NCBI GenBank assembly: GCA_965263035.1
Contig: OZ253580.1
Location: 864,001 to 928,000, forward strand
DNA from: Acidobacteriota bacterium
GTDB lineage: Bacteria; Acidobacteriota; UBA6911; RPQK01; JAJDTT01
Length of the DNA stretch: 64,000 bases
Direction: 5' to 3'
Under the pieces are notes generated by a model. That model had not been told where the DNA came from. It worked only from the letters and a program-made list of their open reading frames with translations, and searched no databases. Made by a program: the position numbers and the translations under genes. Within the stretch, counting starts at the first letter, position 1; each line of letters opens with the position of its first letter. Shown here one piece after another: positions 20,357 through 29,666 of the stretch.

Positions 20357-21469
20357 GTGACAATTAAGTCTTGCGTTTGCAAACTCTTGCAACTAGGGAT
20401 CGTCTTCCCCGCCATACTCGTCGGGAACTTATCCGCTACGGACGTACGCGTAGATGCCCTGGCCAACGAGGTGCAGGACAAAGGGTGGATCATTTACAGC
20501 GCCCGCACGGAGAGCGGCGATTGGGACCTTTACATGAGCCGTCCGGACGGCAGTCAGCGACTCAATCTGACAAATTCACCTGATCGGCACGAAATGGGAG
20601 CACGGTTCTCCCCAGATGGGAAAAAACTGCTCTACCGCCGGCTGGCCGTGGGCTCGACCTTTCACCATCTCAACTGGGGCCTTCAAGGTTCTCTCGTCAT
20701 GGCTCATTCCGATGGGAGCAACGCGGTTGAGTTGGGCGGCCGAGGTGACTACCCGTGGGCCTCGTGGAGTCCGGACGGAAAGAAGATCGCCTGCTTGTAC
20801 AAGGATGGGATCAGGATCCATGACGTCGAGACCGGATCTGTGATGAGCAAGATGCCGCGCCAGGGCATCTACCAACAACTGTTCTGGTCCCCAGACGGCA
20901 CCATGGTGTGCGGCCCGGCAAATCGACGAGGAGATGCCTGGGGCGTAGTGCAAATTGAGATCAATTCGGGGACGCTACACTCGATCAGTGGTCCAAGTTG
21001 TTGCACCGGTGACTGGTTTCCTGATTCTGGGCGTCTAATCTATTCTCACCGTCCTCCCAATCAAGAAGTTATGGACGGGGGTGGAATGGCTCACCGATCC
21101 GGTCAAAAGCTCGAACATGGGTGGACCCAACTCTGGATGGCTGACAAGACCGGGCAAAACCGAAGATTGGTCTACGGAGAGGATGGGCGTCATGTCTACG
21201 GTGGCTTGGTTTCGCCCGACGGGAACTACGTTCTCTTTACGCGATCCCCTGAAGAAGACCTCAAGGTGATGAGGTCACAAACAGATCAGACAGGCGTGCG
21301 TCGACAAGGCGCCGCTATGGCGCTGATGCGTTTGAGTGACGCTCCGACCATCGGTGGCGAAAGCAGAGCCTTGCGAAAACTGTACCCAGCCACCAAGGAT
21401 GGACCTGTCTTGCATCTGCCCGAATCCTGGGAGCCCCATTGGACCTATTCTGAAGTTAGACGGAAGTGA
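20357..21469 (+). CDS. TolB-like / PD40 beta-propeller protein, secreted
   Basis: Signal peptide; FSPDGKK, WSPDGKK, WSPDG, WFPDS and VSPDG repeats. Confidence 0.8.
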   Translation: MTIKSCVCKLLQLGIVFPAILVGNLSATDVRVDALANEVQDKGWIIYSARTESGDWDLYMSRPDGSQRLNLTNSPDRHEMGARFSPDGKKLLYRRLAVGSTFHHLNWGLQGSLVMAHSDGSNAVELGGRGDYPWASWSPDGKKIACLYKDGIRIHDVETGSVMSKMPRQGIYQQLFWSPDGTMVCGPANRRGDAWGVVQIEINSGTLHSISGPSCCTGDWFPDSGRLIYSHRPPNQEVMDGGGMAHRSGQKLEHGWTQLWMADKTGQNRRLVYGEDGRHVYGGLVSPDGNYVLFTRSPEEDLKVMRSQTDQTGVRRQGAAMALMRLSDAPTIGGESRALRKLYPATKDGPVLHLPESWEPHWTYSEVRRK

Positions 21470-21951
21470 GACCGTTAATAGCGCTTCCCTCCGGTGGACT
21501 TTCCTTCAGGTCCGGTCTCCTCCTGATGGCGCTGTCATTGGCTGCGTGCACCGGACCTCAACGATGTTCCGGAATCGATGCTGAAATCACCACCGCGGGA
21601 AGTGTGGAGATTACCGCCGAACTCTTGGAAATTCCCGGCAAGTTCCCGTCCAACGATCTCTACGACTATGCCTACATCCTGAAATACCAAATCCGAGCAG
21701 TCCATCGCGGGCAGGTCAGTTCCAAGAACATTCTGGTCGCCCACTACAATCCGCTGAAACCGCGTTCCGAGGCTGAGAATGAGTTCTCGGGTAAAGTGGG
21801 AGGCACCGTACGACGATTCAAGGAGGGAGACCTGCATCGCCTCGCATTGGAGGAGCCACTCGATGACCACTATATGGGGGGTGTGATCGACAAGTTCCAG
21901 GAAGTCGGTACTCGCTACTGGTCGGTCTGGGCCAACCTCGTGATCGAATAG
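21466..21951 (+). CDS. Hypothetical lipoprotein
   Basis: Lipobox LAAC; GTGA overlap with the upstream gene; directly abuts the MBOAT gene. Confidence 0.7.
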   Translation: MRPLIALPSGGLSFRSGLLLMALSLAACTGPQRCSGIDAEITTAGSVEITAELLEIPGKFPSNDLYDYAYILKYQIRAVHRGQVSSKNILVAHYNPLKPRSEAENEFSGKVGGTVRRFKEGDLHRLALEEPLDDHYMGGVIDKFQEVGTRYWSVWANLVIE

Positions 21952-23355
21952 TTGGTTTTCACTTCTCATATCTTTGTTTTCTATTTCTTGCCTCTCGTCC
22001 TATTCAGCTACTGGCTGATACCGCCCCGGTTCCGCAACCTCTTTCTGATCTTCGTCAGTTATCTGTTCTACGGATGGTGGAAGCCGTGGTTCGTGGTGTT
22101 GATGCTCGCATCGACCATCGTGGACTTTCTGTGCGGCAAGACCATCTCGAACCCGGCCATCTCGGAACGGGGAAAAACCGCGGCGCTGGTGTGTTCGATC
22201 ACCGCCAACCTGGGGCTACTGGGGTTTTTCAAGTACTACATGTTCGCCGGCGAGAATTTGAACTACCTGCTGAATCTGGTTGGATCCGAGACCTTTTCAA
22301 TCCTCCATATCACGCTTCCGATCGGCATTTCTTTCTACACCTTCCAATCCATGAGCTACACGATCGACGTCTACCGAGGTCGTGCGCCAGCAGTCCGGTC
22401 GTTTACCGATCTCGCGTGCTTCGTTAGTCTCTTCCCACAACTAATTGCCGGGCCGATCGTACGCTACCGCACGATTGCCGCCCAACTGGTGCGGCGGACT
22501 CACAACTCGGAGAGGCTCGCTTCCGGGGCCTCCCTTTTCATTCTCGGGTTCTCCAAAAAGATACTGTTGGCAAATCCGATCGGCGCCATTGCCGATGCTG
22601 TGTTCCTGGCCGAATCTGCGGGAGCTTTGGAAGCCTGGTTCGGCGTCACAGCCTACGCTTTCCAGATCTACTTCGACTTCTCAGGCTACTCAGACATGGC
22701 TCTCGGCCTGGGACGCATCTTGGGCTTTGACTTCCCCAAGAATTTTGCCTCTCCCTATCGCGCCGAAAGCATTACCGAGTTCTGGAGACGGTGGCATATC
22801 TCGCTCTCTACGTTCCTGCGAGATTACCTGTACATCCCACTGGGTGGAAATCGGAAGGGTCCCTCCCGCACCTATGTCAATCTAATGATCGTCATGCTGG
22901 TCGGGGGGCTTTGGCATGGGGCCGGCTGGACCTTTCTGGTGTGGGGAGCCTACCACGGAGCCCTGCTGGGTCTGGAGAGATTAAACGGCAAGGGCAGTTT
23001 CTATGCTTTCCTGCCTGTTCCCGCCAGAAAGGGCGCTACTTTTGTTCTCGTTCTTATCTCGTGGGTCCTCTTTCGCGCCTCAAACCTTGGCCAGGCGGGA
23101 GATTATCTCGGCTTCATGTTCGGTTTCCATTCCCAACAGGTTTCAACGGCGCTACTTTCGGCCCAGATCTTCACTCCGGCCAATGTTCTCATCTTAGCCG
23201 TCGCAGGCGTGTTCGCCTTCGGCCCCGCCGAGGCCGAACCGTGGACCCGCCGTCTTTCCTGGCCAAAAATCATGGCCATACTTTCCCTTTTTCTGGGTTC
23301 CCTGATGGTGATGTCCGCCCAGACCTTCAATCCTTTCCTCTATTTTCAATTTTGA
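21952..23355 (+). CDS. algI: MBOAT family O-acyltransferase (AlgI/PatA/DltB-like)
   Basis: LPIGISFYTFQ, FPQLIAGPI, QIYFDFSGYSDMA, FWRRWHISLS, GLWHG (catalytic His), C-terminal FLYFQF. Confidence 0.9.
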   Translation: MVFTSHIFVFYFLPLVLFSYWLIPPRFRNLFLIFVSYLFYGWWKPWFVVLMLASTIVDFLCGKTISNPAISERGKTAALVCSITANLGLLGFFKYYMFAGENLNYLLNLVGSETFSILHITLPIGISFYTFQSMSYTIDVYRGRAPAVRSFTDLACFVSLFPQLIAGPIVRYRTIAAQLVRRTHNSERLASGASLFILGFSKKILLANPIGAIADAVFLAESAGALEAWFGVTAYAFQIYFDFSGYSDMALGLGRILGFDFPKNFASPYRAESITEFWRRWHISLSTFLRDYLYIPLGGNRKGPSRTYVNLMIVMLVGGLWHGAGWTFLVWGAYHGALLGLERLNGKGSFYAFLPVPARKGATFVLVLISWVLFRASNLGQAGDYLGFMFGFHSQQVSTALLSAQIFTPANVLILAVAGVFAFGPAEAEPWTRRLSWPKIMAILSLFLGSLMVMSAQTFNPFLYFQF

Positions 23356-23362
23356 GACGTCC

Positions 23363-24523
23363 ATGGTGAAACTGAAATATCGATTTCTGGTGACGACATT
23401 TTTCGCCGTGATCGGCTTTGTTCCCGTATCTCAGGTCGTGTTCGAGTTGACACAGGGTGATCGACCTGTCGTCGCGGAATTGGTGTTGAACCTGCCTACC
23501 GAGCAGCACCTCAGAGAGGTCGAGAGCGAAATCGAGGAAACCTCCTGGTTTATCCGAAACTCCCGCTCCTTGGTGCAGCGCATCTGGTTCCGACTGTCGG
23601 GGCAACCCGGCGAAAATATCTTGGTCGGGCTCGATGGCTGGCTGTTCTATCTTCCCACAGTCCGTTTCCTGGTCGAACCCTTCCCACCCGGCAAGGATCG
23701 GCAATCCCACTTCCATGATCCCTTGGCCGCCATCACCGACTTTCATCGGCAGTTGGCCGGCCGCGGAATCCAACTGTTGGTGGTACCGGTCCCCGGCAAA
23801 GCCAGCATCTATCCCGAACGGGTCAGCTCCCGTGCCGATCCCGAGAAAATCGCGGATTCCTCGCATACGCTGGAGTTCATCTCCCAATTGAACAACGCGG
23901 GGATACCAACGATCGATCTCTTTGAGATATTCCACCAGGAGCGTCGGCGGGACCGTTCAACCAACGTAGAGCACTTCTATCTCTCGCAAGACACGCATTG
24001 GACGCCGGAGGGTGCCGGATTGGCCGCTCAAGCCGTTGCGCAGGGAGTCTTGAGAGAGGGTTGGGTGACCGCAGGTTCGAAAGAATACGCTCAAAAGCCG
24101 TTTACAGTGGCACGCCGCAGCGACATTCTCAGAATGGCGCGTTCACCATCGATCGAAAGGCTCTTTCCTCCCCAGGAAGTCACCTGCCAGCAGGTGTTCG
24201 AATCGGACACCGGAAACCTCTACCAGGACGATCTCGATTCCCCGGTGCTCGTCCTCGGGGACAGCTTCTTGAGGATCTACCAGACTGACAATCCCAAAGC
24301 GGCGGGCTTTCTGGCGCATCTCGCCAAGAACCTGAGACGTCCGGTCGCTTCGATCGTCAACGACGGAGGCGCGTCCACGTTGGTCCGACAGCAGTTGAGC
24401 AGGAACCCCGACCTGCTGGAGGGCAAGAAACTAGTCGTTTGGGAATTTGTGGAGAGGGACTTGCGCTTCGGAATGGAGGGCTGGCAGAAGATTCCAATTC
24501 CTTCCACTTCGAGTCGCCGATGA
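23363..24523 (+). CDS. AlgX/AlgJ-like SGNH O-acetyltransferase
   Basis: N-terminal TM, G.DGWLFY, VP.KASIYPE, DTHW (Asp/His), GDSF (Ser), WEFVER. Confidence 0.85.
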   Translation: MVKLKYRFLVTTFFAVIGFVPVSQVVFELTQGDRPVVAELVLNLPTEQHLREVESEIEETSWFIRNSRSLVQRIWFRLSGQPGENILVGLDGWLFYLPTVRFLVEPFPPGKDRQSHFHDPLAAITDFHRQLAGRGIQLLVVPVPGKASIYPERVSSRADPEKIADSSHTLEFISQLNNAGIPTIDLFEIFHQERRRDRSTNVEHFYLSQDTHWTPEGAGLAAQAVAQGVLREGWVTAGSKEYAQKPFTVARRSDILRMARSPSIERLFPPQEVTCQQVFESDTGNLYQDDLDSPVLVLGDSFLRIYQTDNPKAAGFLAHLAKNLRRPVASIVNDGGASTLVRQQLSRNPDLLEGKKLVVWEFVERDLRFGMEGWQKIPIPSTSSRR

Positions 24524-24590
24524 ACGCCTGAGAAAACCTGGCCGGCGGTATCTCGTCTGATTCAAGTCAATGCACCCCAATTCGCCCCAT

Positions 24591-27080
24591 TCAGGGACTC
24601 ATCTCGCCCAGCTTATCCCGCATCACATCGATGTAGAACTGCCAGGATGACTGGTCTCCGCCACTTGGGTCTGTCATTTCGAAAGTAAAGTTCTCGTCCT
24701 TGAAGCTCTCCACATCAGCAACGAGGCGTTTCGACTCTTCCAGAGACTTGGTGACGGAATCGATGTCGGCTTCATGTTGGAATTGGTAGACACGAAAAAG
24801 CGCGGCTACAGCGGCCGAGAACCGGTACCCGAGTTCAAGGCGCTTGGAAAGGTGAATCAAGTCTTCTTTATTACCGGCCGTCAACTCGGCCACCTGAAGT
24901 GCGTTCGCGACATCCGCCGTCGCTTCTCGGGTCACTTCCGCACGCAGTCTCCAGATTCGCTCCAGTTTGCGATGGAGATCCTGAGTTGAGATGTCCGGAT
25001 CGCCACCAACGTTCCGCGCGAAATCAGCCAGAGTTTTCCCGATCTGGGTATCGGCCAGATTCTTCTCCCAGGTTCGTTGTGCATTGGCCAGGTTGTAGAA
25101 CATGGTGTTCATGGGGTAGATCTTGGACAGAGTCCAGCGGCCGTGGCCCTCCTGGTAATAGCCGGGAGAAGCGAATTCCCGCTGCTCTCGAGAGCGCCGG
25201 AAGTACTGATACATGTATCGACCCGCTTCGTCGCCATAGAGCTTGCGGCAGGCTTCACCCAGGAAACCTGATTCCGAAAAGATCTCTTCCGGCTCAACCA
25301 GATTCATCTGGTACTCCCGGAGACGACGCTCGGTTTCGACCTGTATGGTCGGCCGCAGGAAGAATTCCCGGGCCTTGAGATTCCACGCATACTCGGCATT
25401 CAGAAGTTGCTGCGGTTCCTGTGCGAAGGTGCCTGAAAAATTGTACAGCGTGGTGGCCCCTGCAAAACTGGCATTGCCAACCGGGGCTGCCATAAAGGTG
25501 GAATCGGAATTGTAGTAGTTGGCTCCCTCCACTACGAAAACATAACTGCCAAAATTCAAGTCCTGCTCACGCAGTTTCTCGTGCAGACGAAGAGGCCAAG
25601 TGTCCTCCGGCCCTTGGAACGGAAACATCTCACGAAACCCGCCTTGAACCCTGGGCCCCTGATGCCTGAGCTGCTTGAAGATGTTCACCCAGAGTTCCTG
25701 TACGTTGTTCCAATCCTGCCGCGCCGCTTCAATGGAGTCGTGATGGCGGGGTGTCTTCCCCACGCCGAAGGCCATATAGGAGGGTGAGATCAGGACTACG
25801 ATGCAGTCTCTGGAGGCATCATAGCCCGATTCCTCATTCTTGACCGAATAGATGGCGTCCAACAGCGTGTTGTACCCATGGGCAAGAGCTCCCGCCCCTC
25901 CGTCCACCTCCTTCAGATCGTCGTTGGGCCAGCGTTTCCGGCAGCCTTCATCGCGAACCTCCCATTCGACCTGAGTGTCCGGATAGTTGCTGAGATCCTC
26001 GTGGTGGATGTAAAGGGCACCGGGCTCAACGGCCCTCACAAAAGCAGCAAGTTCCTCCTGTTTGAGCCGGTTCAACTCTTCATTGCTGCGACAGGTTCCC
26101 AGGGTTCGCGGCGGGAAACGCTCGTTCTCATGGGCCATGCCGATACATGAGTAGATCTCCCCGTCCGGATAGGAACGGCGATTGTAAAAAAGTTTCCCAC
26201 GGTAGGCAGGGGTGTTGAAGAAGCCCTGATAGGTTCCCAACCCGTAACCAGCCCCATATCCCCCGAAGAACAAGTGGATACCGCGCTCTCTGGCATACCG
26301 ATTGATGGACCGCATCAGAGCAGCGTACTCCGGTTCCAGAGTCCACCCGAAACCGTCAAAGGTCACTGCGTTGATCTTGTATTTCAGGCAGAAGTCGAGT
26401 TTTCTCTGGATCCGCCGGAGGAAGTTGGCCTGACCGTCTCCATAGTCATATCCCCAGCGATTGCCTTCCACGTTCTGCAACCAGTCCGCCGCCTCGCGGT
26501 ATTTGATATCCGGAAAGTCGCGGATGTGAACTCTTGCCAATTCCAAGCGGCCGGAACGGGATTCCAACAACTGAATCAGGGTAGCCGCCGCATAGAGGGC
26601 TCCTTGATCGGTGCTGCCCACCAGAAACGCGTCTCGTTCTGCGATTCGAATGACGTAACTCTGTTCCGTTTCTGCAGCATCGCGGAGAACGCTGATGTCT
26701 TCGCTGTCCAGATTCACCGCGTCCGACAGGGCAACTTGGTCGTCTCGCCAAACTTGGAAACGAATGGTCAAAGCGGCATCTTCAGCCGTGTTCGCGGATT
26801 GCCCAGCAGATGCCAGGCCGTCCGTACCTGACAATTCAGCAAGCCGTTCCCGTACGAGTTGAGCAGCCAACTGCAGTTTGGGGGATGGGTTATCAGGTAG
26901 CACGAAGGCGACGCTGCCTGGGCGTTCAGGGATCAGAACGGGATCGCCGGCCACAACCATCGATTGTGGGTCCGGGATCACATAGGGCAGCCGAGCCGAA
27001 ACGTCGTCGGAAGACCGACAGCTCTGGGCCAGCATCAGCCCCATTCCCACGGCCACTGCGAGAAATATTCTCTGGGACAT
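24591..27080 (-). CDS. GH20 zincin-like N-terminal domain protein, paralog P3 (lipoprotein)
   Basis: Lipobox-like LAQSC; RWGYDYGDG, GTCRSN, YIHHED, DEGC..WPNDD, NAEYAWN, DPSGGDQSSW. Confidence 0.8.
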   Translation of the reverse strand: MSQRIFLAVAVGMGLMLAQSCRSSDDVSARLPYVIPDPQSMVVAGDPVLIPERPGSVAFVLPDNPSPKLQLAAQLVRERLAELSGTDGLASAGQSANTAEDAALTIRFQVWRDDQVALSDAVNLDSEDISVLRDAAETEQSYVIRIAERDAFLVGSTDQGALYAAATLIQLLESRSGRLELARVHIRDFPDIKYREAADWLQNVEGNRWGYDYGDGQANFLRRIQRKLDFCLKYKINAVTFDGFGWTLEPEYAALMRSINRYARERGIHLFFGGYGAGYGLGTYQGFFNTPAYRGKLFYNRRSYPDGEIYSCIGMAHENERFPPRTLGTCRSNEELNRLKQEELAAFVRAVEPGALYIHHEDLSNYPDTQVEWEVRDEGCRKRWPNDDLKEVDGGAGALAHGYNTLLDAIYSVKNEESGYDASRDCIVVLISPSYMAFGVGKTPRHHDSIEAARQDWNNVQELWVNIFKQLRHQGPRVQGGFREMFPFQGPEDTWPLRLHEKLREQDLNFGSYVFVVEGANYYNSDSTFMAAPVGNASFAGATTLYNFSGTFAQEPQQLLNAEYAWNLKAREFFLRPTIQVETERRLREYQMNLVEPEEIFSESGFLGEACRKLYGDEAGRYMYQYFRRSREQREFASPGYYQEGHGRWTLSKIYPMNTMFYNLANAQRTWEKNLADTQIGKTLADFARNVGGDPDISTQDLHRKLERIWRLRAEVTREATADVANALQVAELTAGNKEDLIHLSKRLELGYRFSAAVAALFRVYQFQHEADIDSVTKSLEESKRLVADVESFKDENFTFEMTDPSGGDQSSWQFYIDVMRDKLGEMSP

Positions 27081-27142
27081 CGCCTGATCTCCTCCTATAG
27101 GAGCAGACCGCCACAGCGGTCACCGAGGATCTGCTCAGGTGT

Positions 27143-29644
27143 CTAATCCTGGTCCATTGTGTCCGTCGAAAGCTCCTGCAGGCGCGCCTTGATTTGGTGC
27201 AGGCCCTCCAGCCAGGTCGCCTGGTCTCCGCCCAGTGGATCGACGGTGTCAAACGTAAAGTCCCGATCCAGGAGCGATTCCAACGTATCCAGTTCGTTCT
27301 TGGTCCGCGCGACCAGGGGTGCCACTACGTCCCGACCCTTTTTGTCCAGCGAAGCCGCCAGCGCCTCATGGTAGCGATTCAAAACCCTGGCGAATCCCCG
27401 TCCCACTCGCAGACACTTGCGCAGGTACTCGACATCGGGGCGGGCATCGGCGCGGAGATCGGAGGTCCGGAGCACTTCGGACGTAAGCGCGACCGCCTCG
27501 GCGTTGACTTCGTCGTAAGCCTGCCAGAGTTCTGCCCACCGTCTCTGCCAATCCACGGAGTCGATACCCAAAAGCGTCGTCAGTTCCTTGGCGCGCGCCG
27601 ACAATTTCGGGCCTCCGGATTCCTGGTCCATGCTCAGAATTCGCCAGAGGATCGAGAGTGGGTATAGTCTCTCAGCCGCCACCGGGACCAGAAGATCGAT
27701 TTCACTTCCGTAGACCTCATCCACCGTCCGGTCGTAGTGGGTGGCCATGATCGTGCGACCGATCCCTTCCGGCACTTCAACCCGGCGCTGAGTCCGGTAG
27801 AAGTTGAAAATTCGGTGCATTTTCCCGCCCGCATCGTCCCCGTAGAGCTGTCGGAAGGCCTCGGAGAGAAACCCGGCGGGACCGGTGATCTCCGGTCCCA
27901 GATCCCGATTGTTCATCAACGCCTTCCAAGTCGAACGGGTCTCCTCATTGCGGATCGGAATGACATGGCCGGGGGCATCGACGTTCCAACTGTACTCCGC
28001 ATTGAAGAGCTGAAGCGGCTCCTGGAAGACGGCCCCACTGAAGTTGTAGATCGCCTCAGCCCCCTTGAAGATCCCATTCATGGCAGCAGTCCCCGCAAAG
28101 GGATAGTTGAAGGAATCTCTTGAATAAAGATCAGCTCCGCCCAGAAAGAAGAGGAACGTGCGGGTGTTCAGGCCTTGGCTTCCCAACCTTTGGCGATAGG
28201 CATCGATCCACCGCACATCGGTTCCCTGCTGAGGGAAGACCTCCCGGAAGCCGATCTCAATGTTCTCGTCATGGGGAAGCAGCGACATCACGTTCGACCA
28301 GTAGATCAGGTGGTTTTCCCAGTCGGTGGGCAGGGTCGGAAACGGGTTGTATCCGGGACTGAGGAACATGACGGTACAGTCGCGGGCGGCATCATAACCC
28401 GAGTCGGCATTCTTGACGCTTCGTATGGCCCGCAGGAGTTCGTTGTAACCATGAGCCACGGCTCCGGCCCCGCCGTCTTTGGTGATGAGGCTGTCGTTGG
28501 GCCATTGCTTGCGGCAACGAAAACATCTCTTTTTCCAGGTTACCCAGAGTTCGTAGTTGGTCAGGTGATAGTCGAGGTTGGGATCACCGATTCCGCGGTC
28601 TTCATGGTGGATGTAAAGCGCTCCCGGCTCTATGGAGCGGACAAAGTCGGCCATCTCGGCGGCTTTGAGCCGATTCAGCGCCTGGTTCCCGCGACAGGTT
28701 CCCAAGATGCCACGCCCCGGACGGTTTTCTCCGAAGCAGGAGTAGATCGTTCCGTCCGGATATTGATCGCGGTTGTACCAGACCTTGCCGACATTGCGTT
28801 CGGGTCGGACGATACGGCCATAGTTGGCGCCGTACCCGGCAAACAGGAGCTTGATACCTCGCGCTCTGGCGTAGCCGTTCAACTCCCTCATCATTCTCGA
28901 GTAGCCGGGAAACTTCTCACGGTTCCACCCGTAGCCGTCGAAGAAAACCAGGTTGATCTTGTAGCGAAGACAGAAGTCGATTTTCCTCTTGAGGCGCTGG
29001 ACATAGGCCTCCTTGCCGTCACCCCAGTCATAGGCCCAGCGGTTGATTTCCGCCAACAGCAACCAATCGGCCGCGGCCCGATAGCGAAAATCGGGAAAAT
29101 CACGAATAGAGCCGTTCGGGACCAGAACCGCACTACCGGTCCGCCTCATGACCTGCCGGAGAGAAGCGGCAGCATAGAGAACGCCCTGGGCGCTTCCACC
29201 GACGAGCCAGACCTGTGGCTGGTTTCCCGGAACCACTTTGAGCACATACCCTTGTTCGGCCCTGGCAGGATCGGAAAGCAGCTCTCGATCGGCCGGCTCA
29301 AGGAAGGAATCGGCTTGCTTTCTCAAAATGCCGTTACGACTCCAGTCCACCAGGTGAATCCCACCCAGGACGGGCTGAGGTGCGGCGCCCGTCAGGAAAG
29401 TGGGCGGGGGAAAAACTGAAGGATCTTGGGAGCGGATCAGGTCAGCCGCCAGACGTTCTTTTGCCGAAGCTCCCTCTGCTAGAACCAGTCGAGTCGAGTC
29501 CGATCCTTTCTCAAACCGAACCGTCTGCTGGTCCCAAACCTGATGCTGGGGTGTGGGAATGATCCGGGGCGTTCCTTCCAAGGCTTGCCCGCTGATGACC
29601 AAGAGGATTGCAATGAGCAGTCCGGACGTACTCAATCGATACAT
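27143..29644 (-). CDS. GH20 zincin-like N-terminal domain protein, paralog P4
   Basis: Signal peptide; IIPTPQ; RWAYDWGDG, GTCRGN, YIHHED, CFRC..WPND, NAEYSWN, DPLGGD. Confidence 0.8.
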   Translation of the reverse strand: MYRLSTSGLLIAILLVISGQALEGTPRIIPTPQHQVWDQQTVRFEKGSDSTRLVLAEGASAKERLAADLIRSQDPSVFPPPTFLTGAAPQPVLGGIHLVDWSRNGILRKQADSFLEPADRELLSDPARAEQGYVLKVVPGNQPQVWLVGGSAQGVLYAAASLRQVMRRTGSAVLVPNGSIRDFPDFRYRAAADWLLLAEINRWAYDWGDGKEAYVQRLKRKIDFCLRYKINLVFFDGYGWNREKFPGYSRMMRELNGYARARGIKLLFAGYGANYGRIVRPERNVGKVWYNRDQYPDGTIYSCFGENRPGRGILGTCRGNQALNRLKAAEMADFVRSIEPGALYIHHEDRGIGDPNLDYHLTNYELWVTWKKRCFRCRKQWPNDSLITKDGGAGAVAHGYNELLRAIRSVKNADSGYDAARDCTVMFLSPGYNPFPTLPTDWENHLIYWSNVMSLLPHDENIEIGFREVFPQQGTDVRWIDAYRQRLGSQGLNTRTFLFFLGGADLYSRDSFNYPFAGTAAMNGIFKGAEAIYNFSGAVFQEPLQLFNAEYSWNVDAPGHVIPIRNEETRSTWKALMNNRDLGPEITGPAGFLSEAFRQLYGDDAGGKMHRIFNFYRTQRRVEVPEGIGRTIMATHYDRTVDEVYGSEIDLLVPVAAERLYPLSILWRILSMDQESGGPKLSARAKELTTLLGIDSVDWQRRWAELWQAYDEVNAEAVALTSEVLRTSDLRADARPDVEYLRKCLRVGRGFARVLNRYHEALAASLDKKGRDVVAPLVARTKNELDTLESLLDRDFTFDTVDPLGGDQATWLEGLHQIKARLQELSTDTMDQD

Positions 29645-29666
29645 GGCTGCACCGTGTTCCTTTCCT

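Noticed and set aside
21952-24523. Alginate biosynthesis operon
   Set aside because: No algD, alg8, alg44, algE or algG homologs are present; only the acylation genes.
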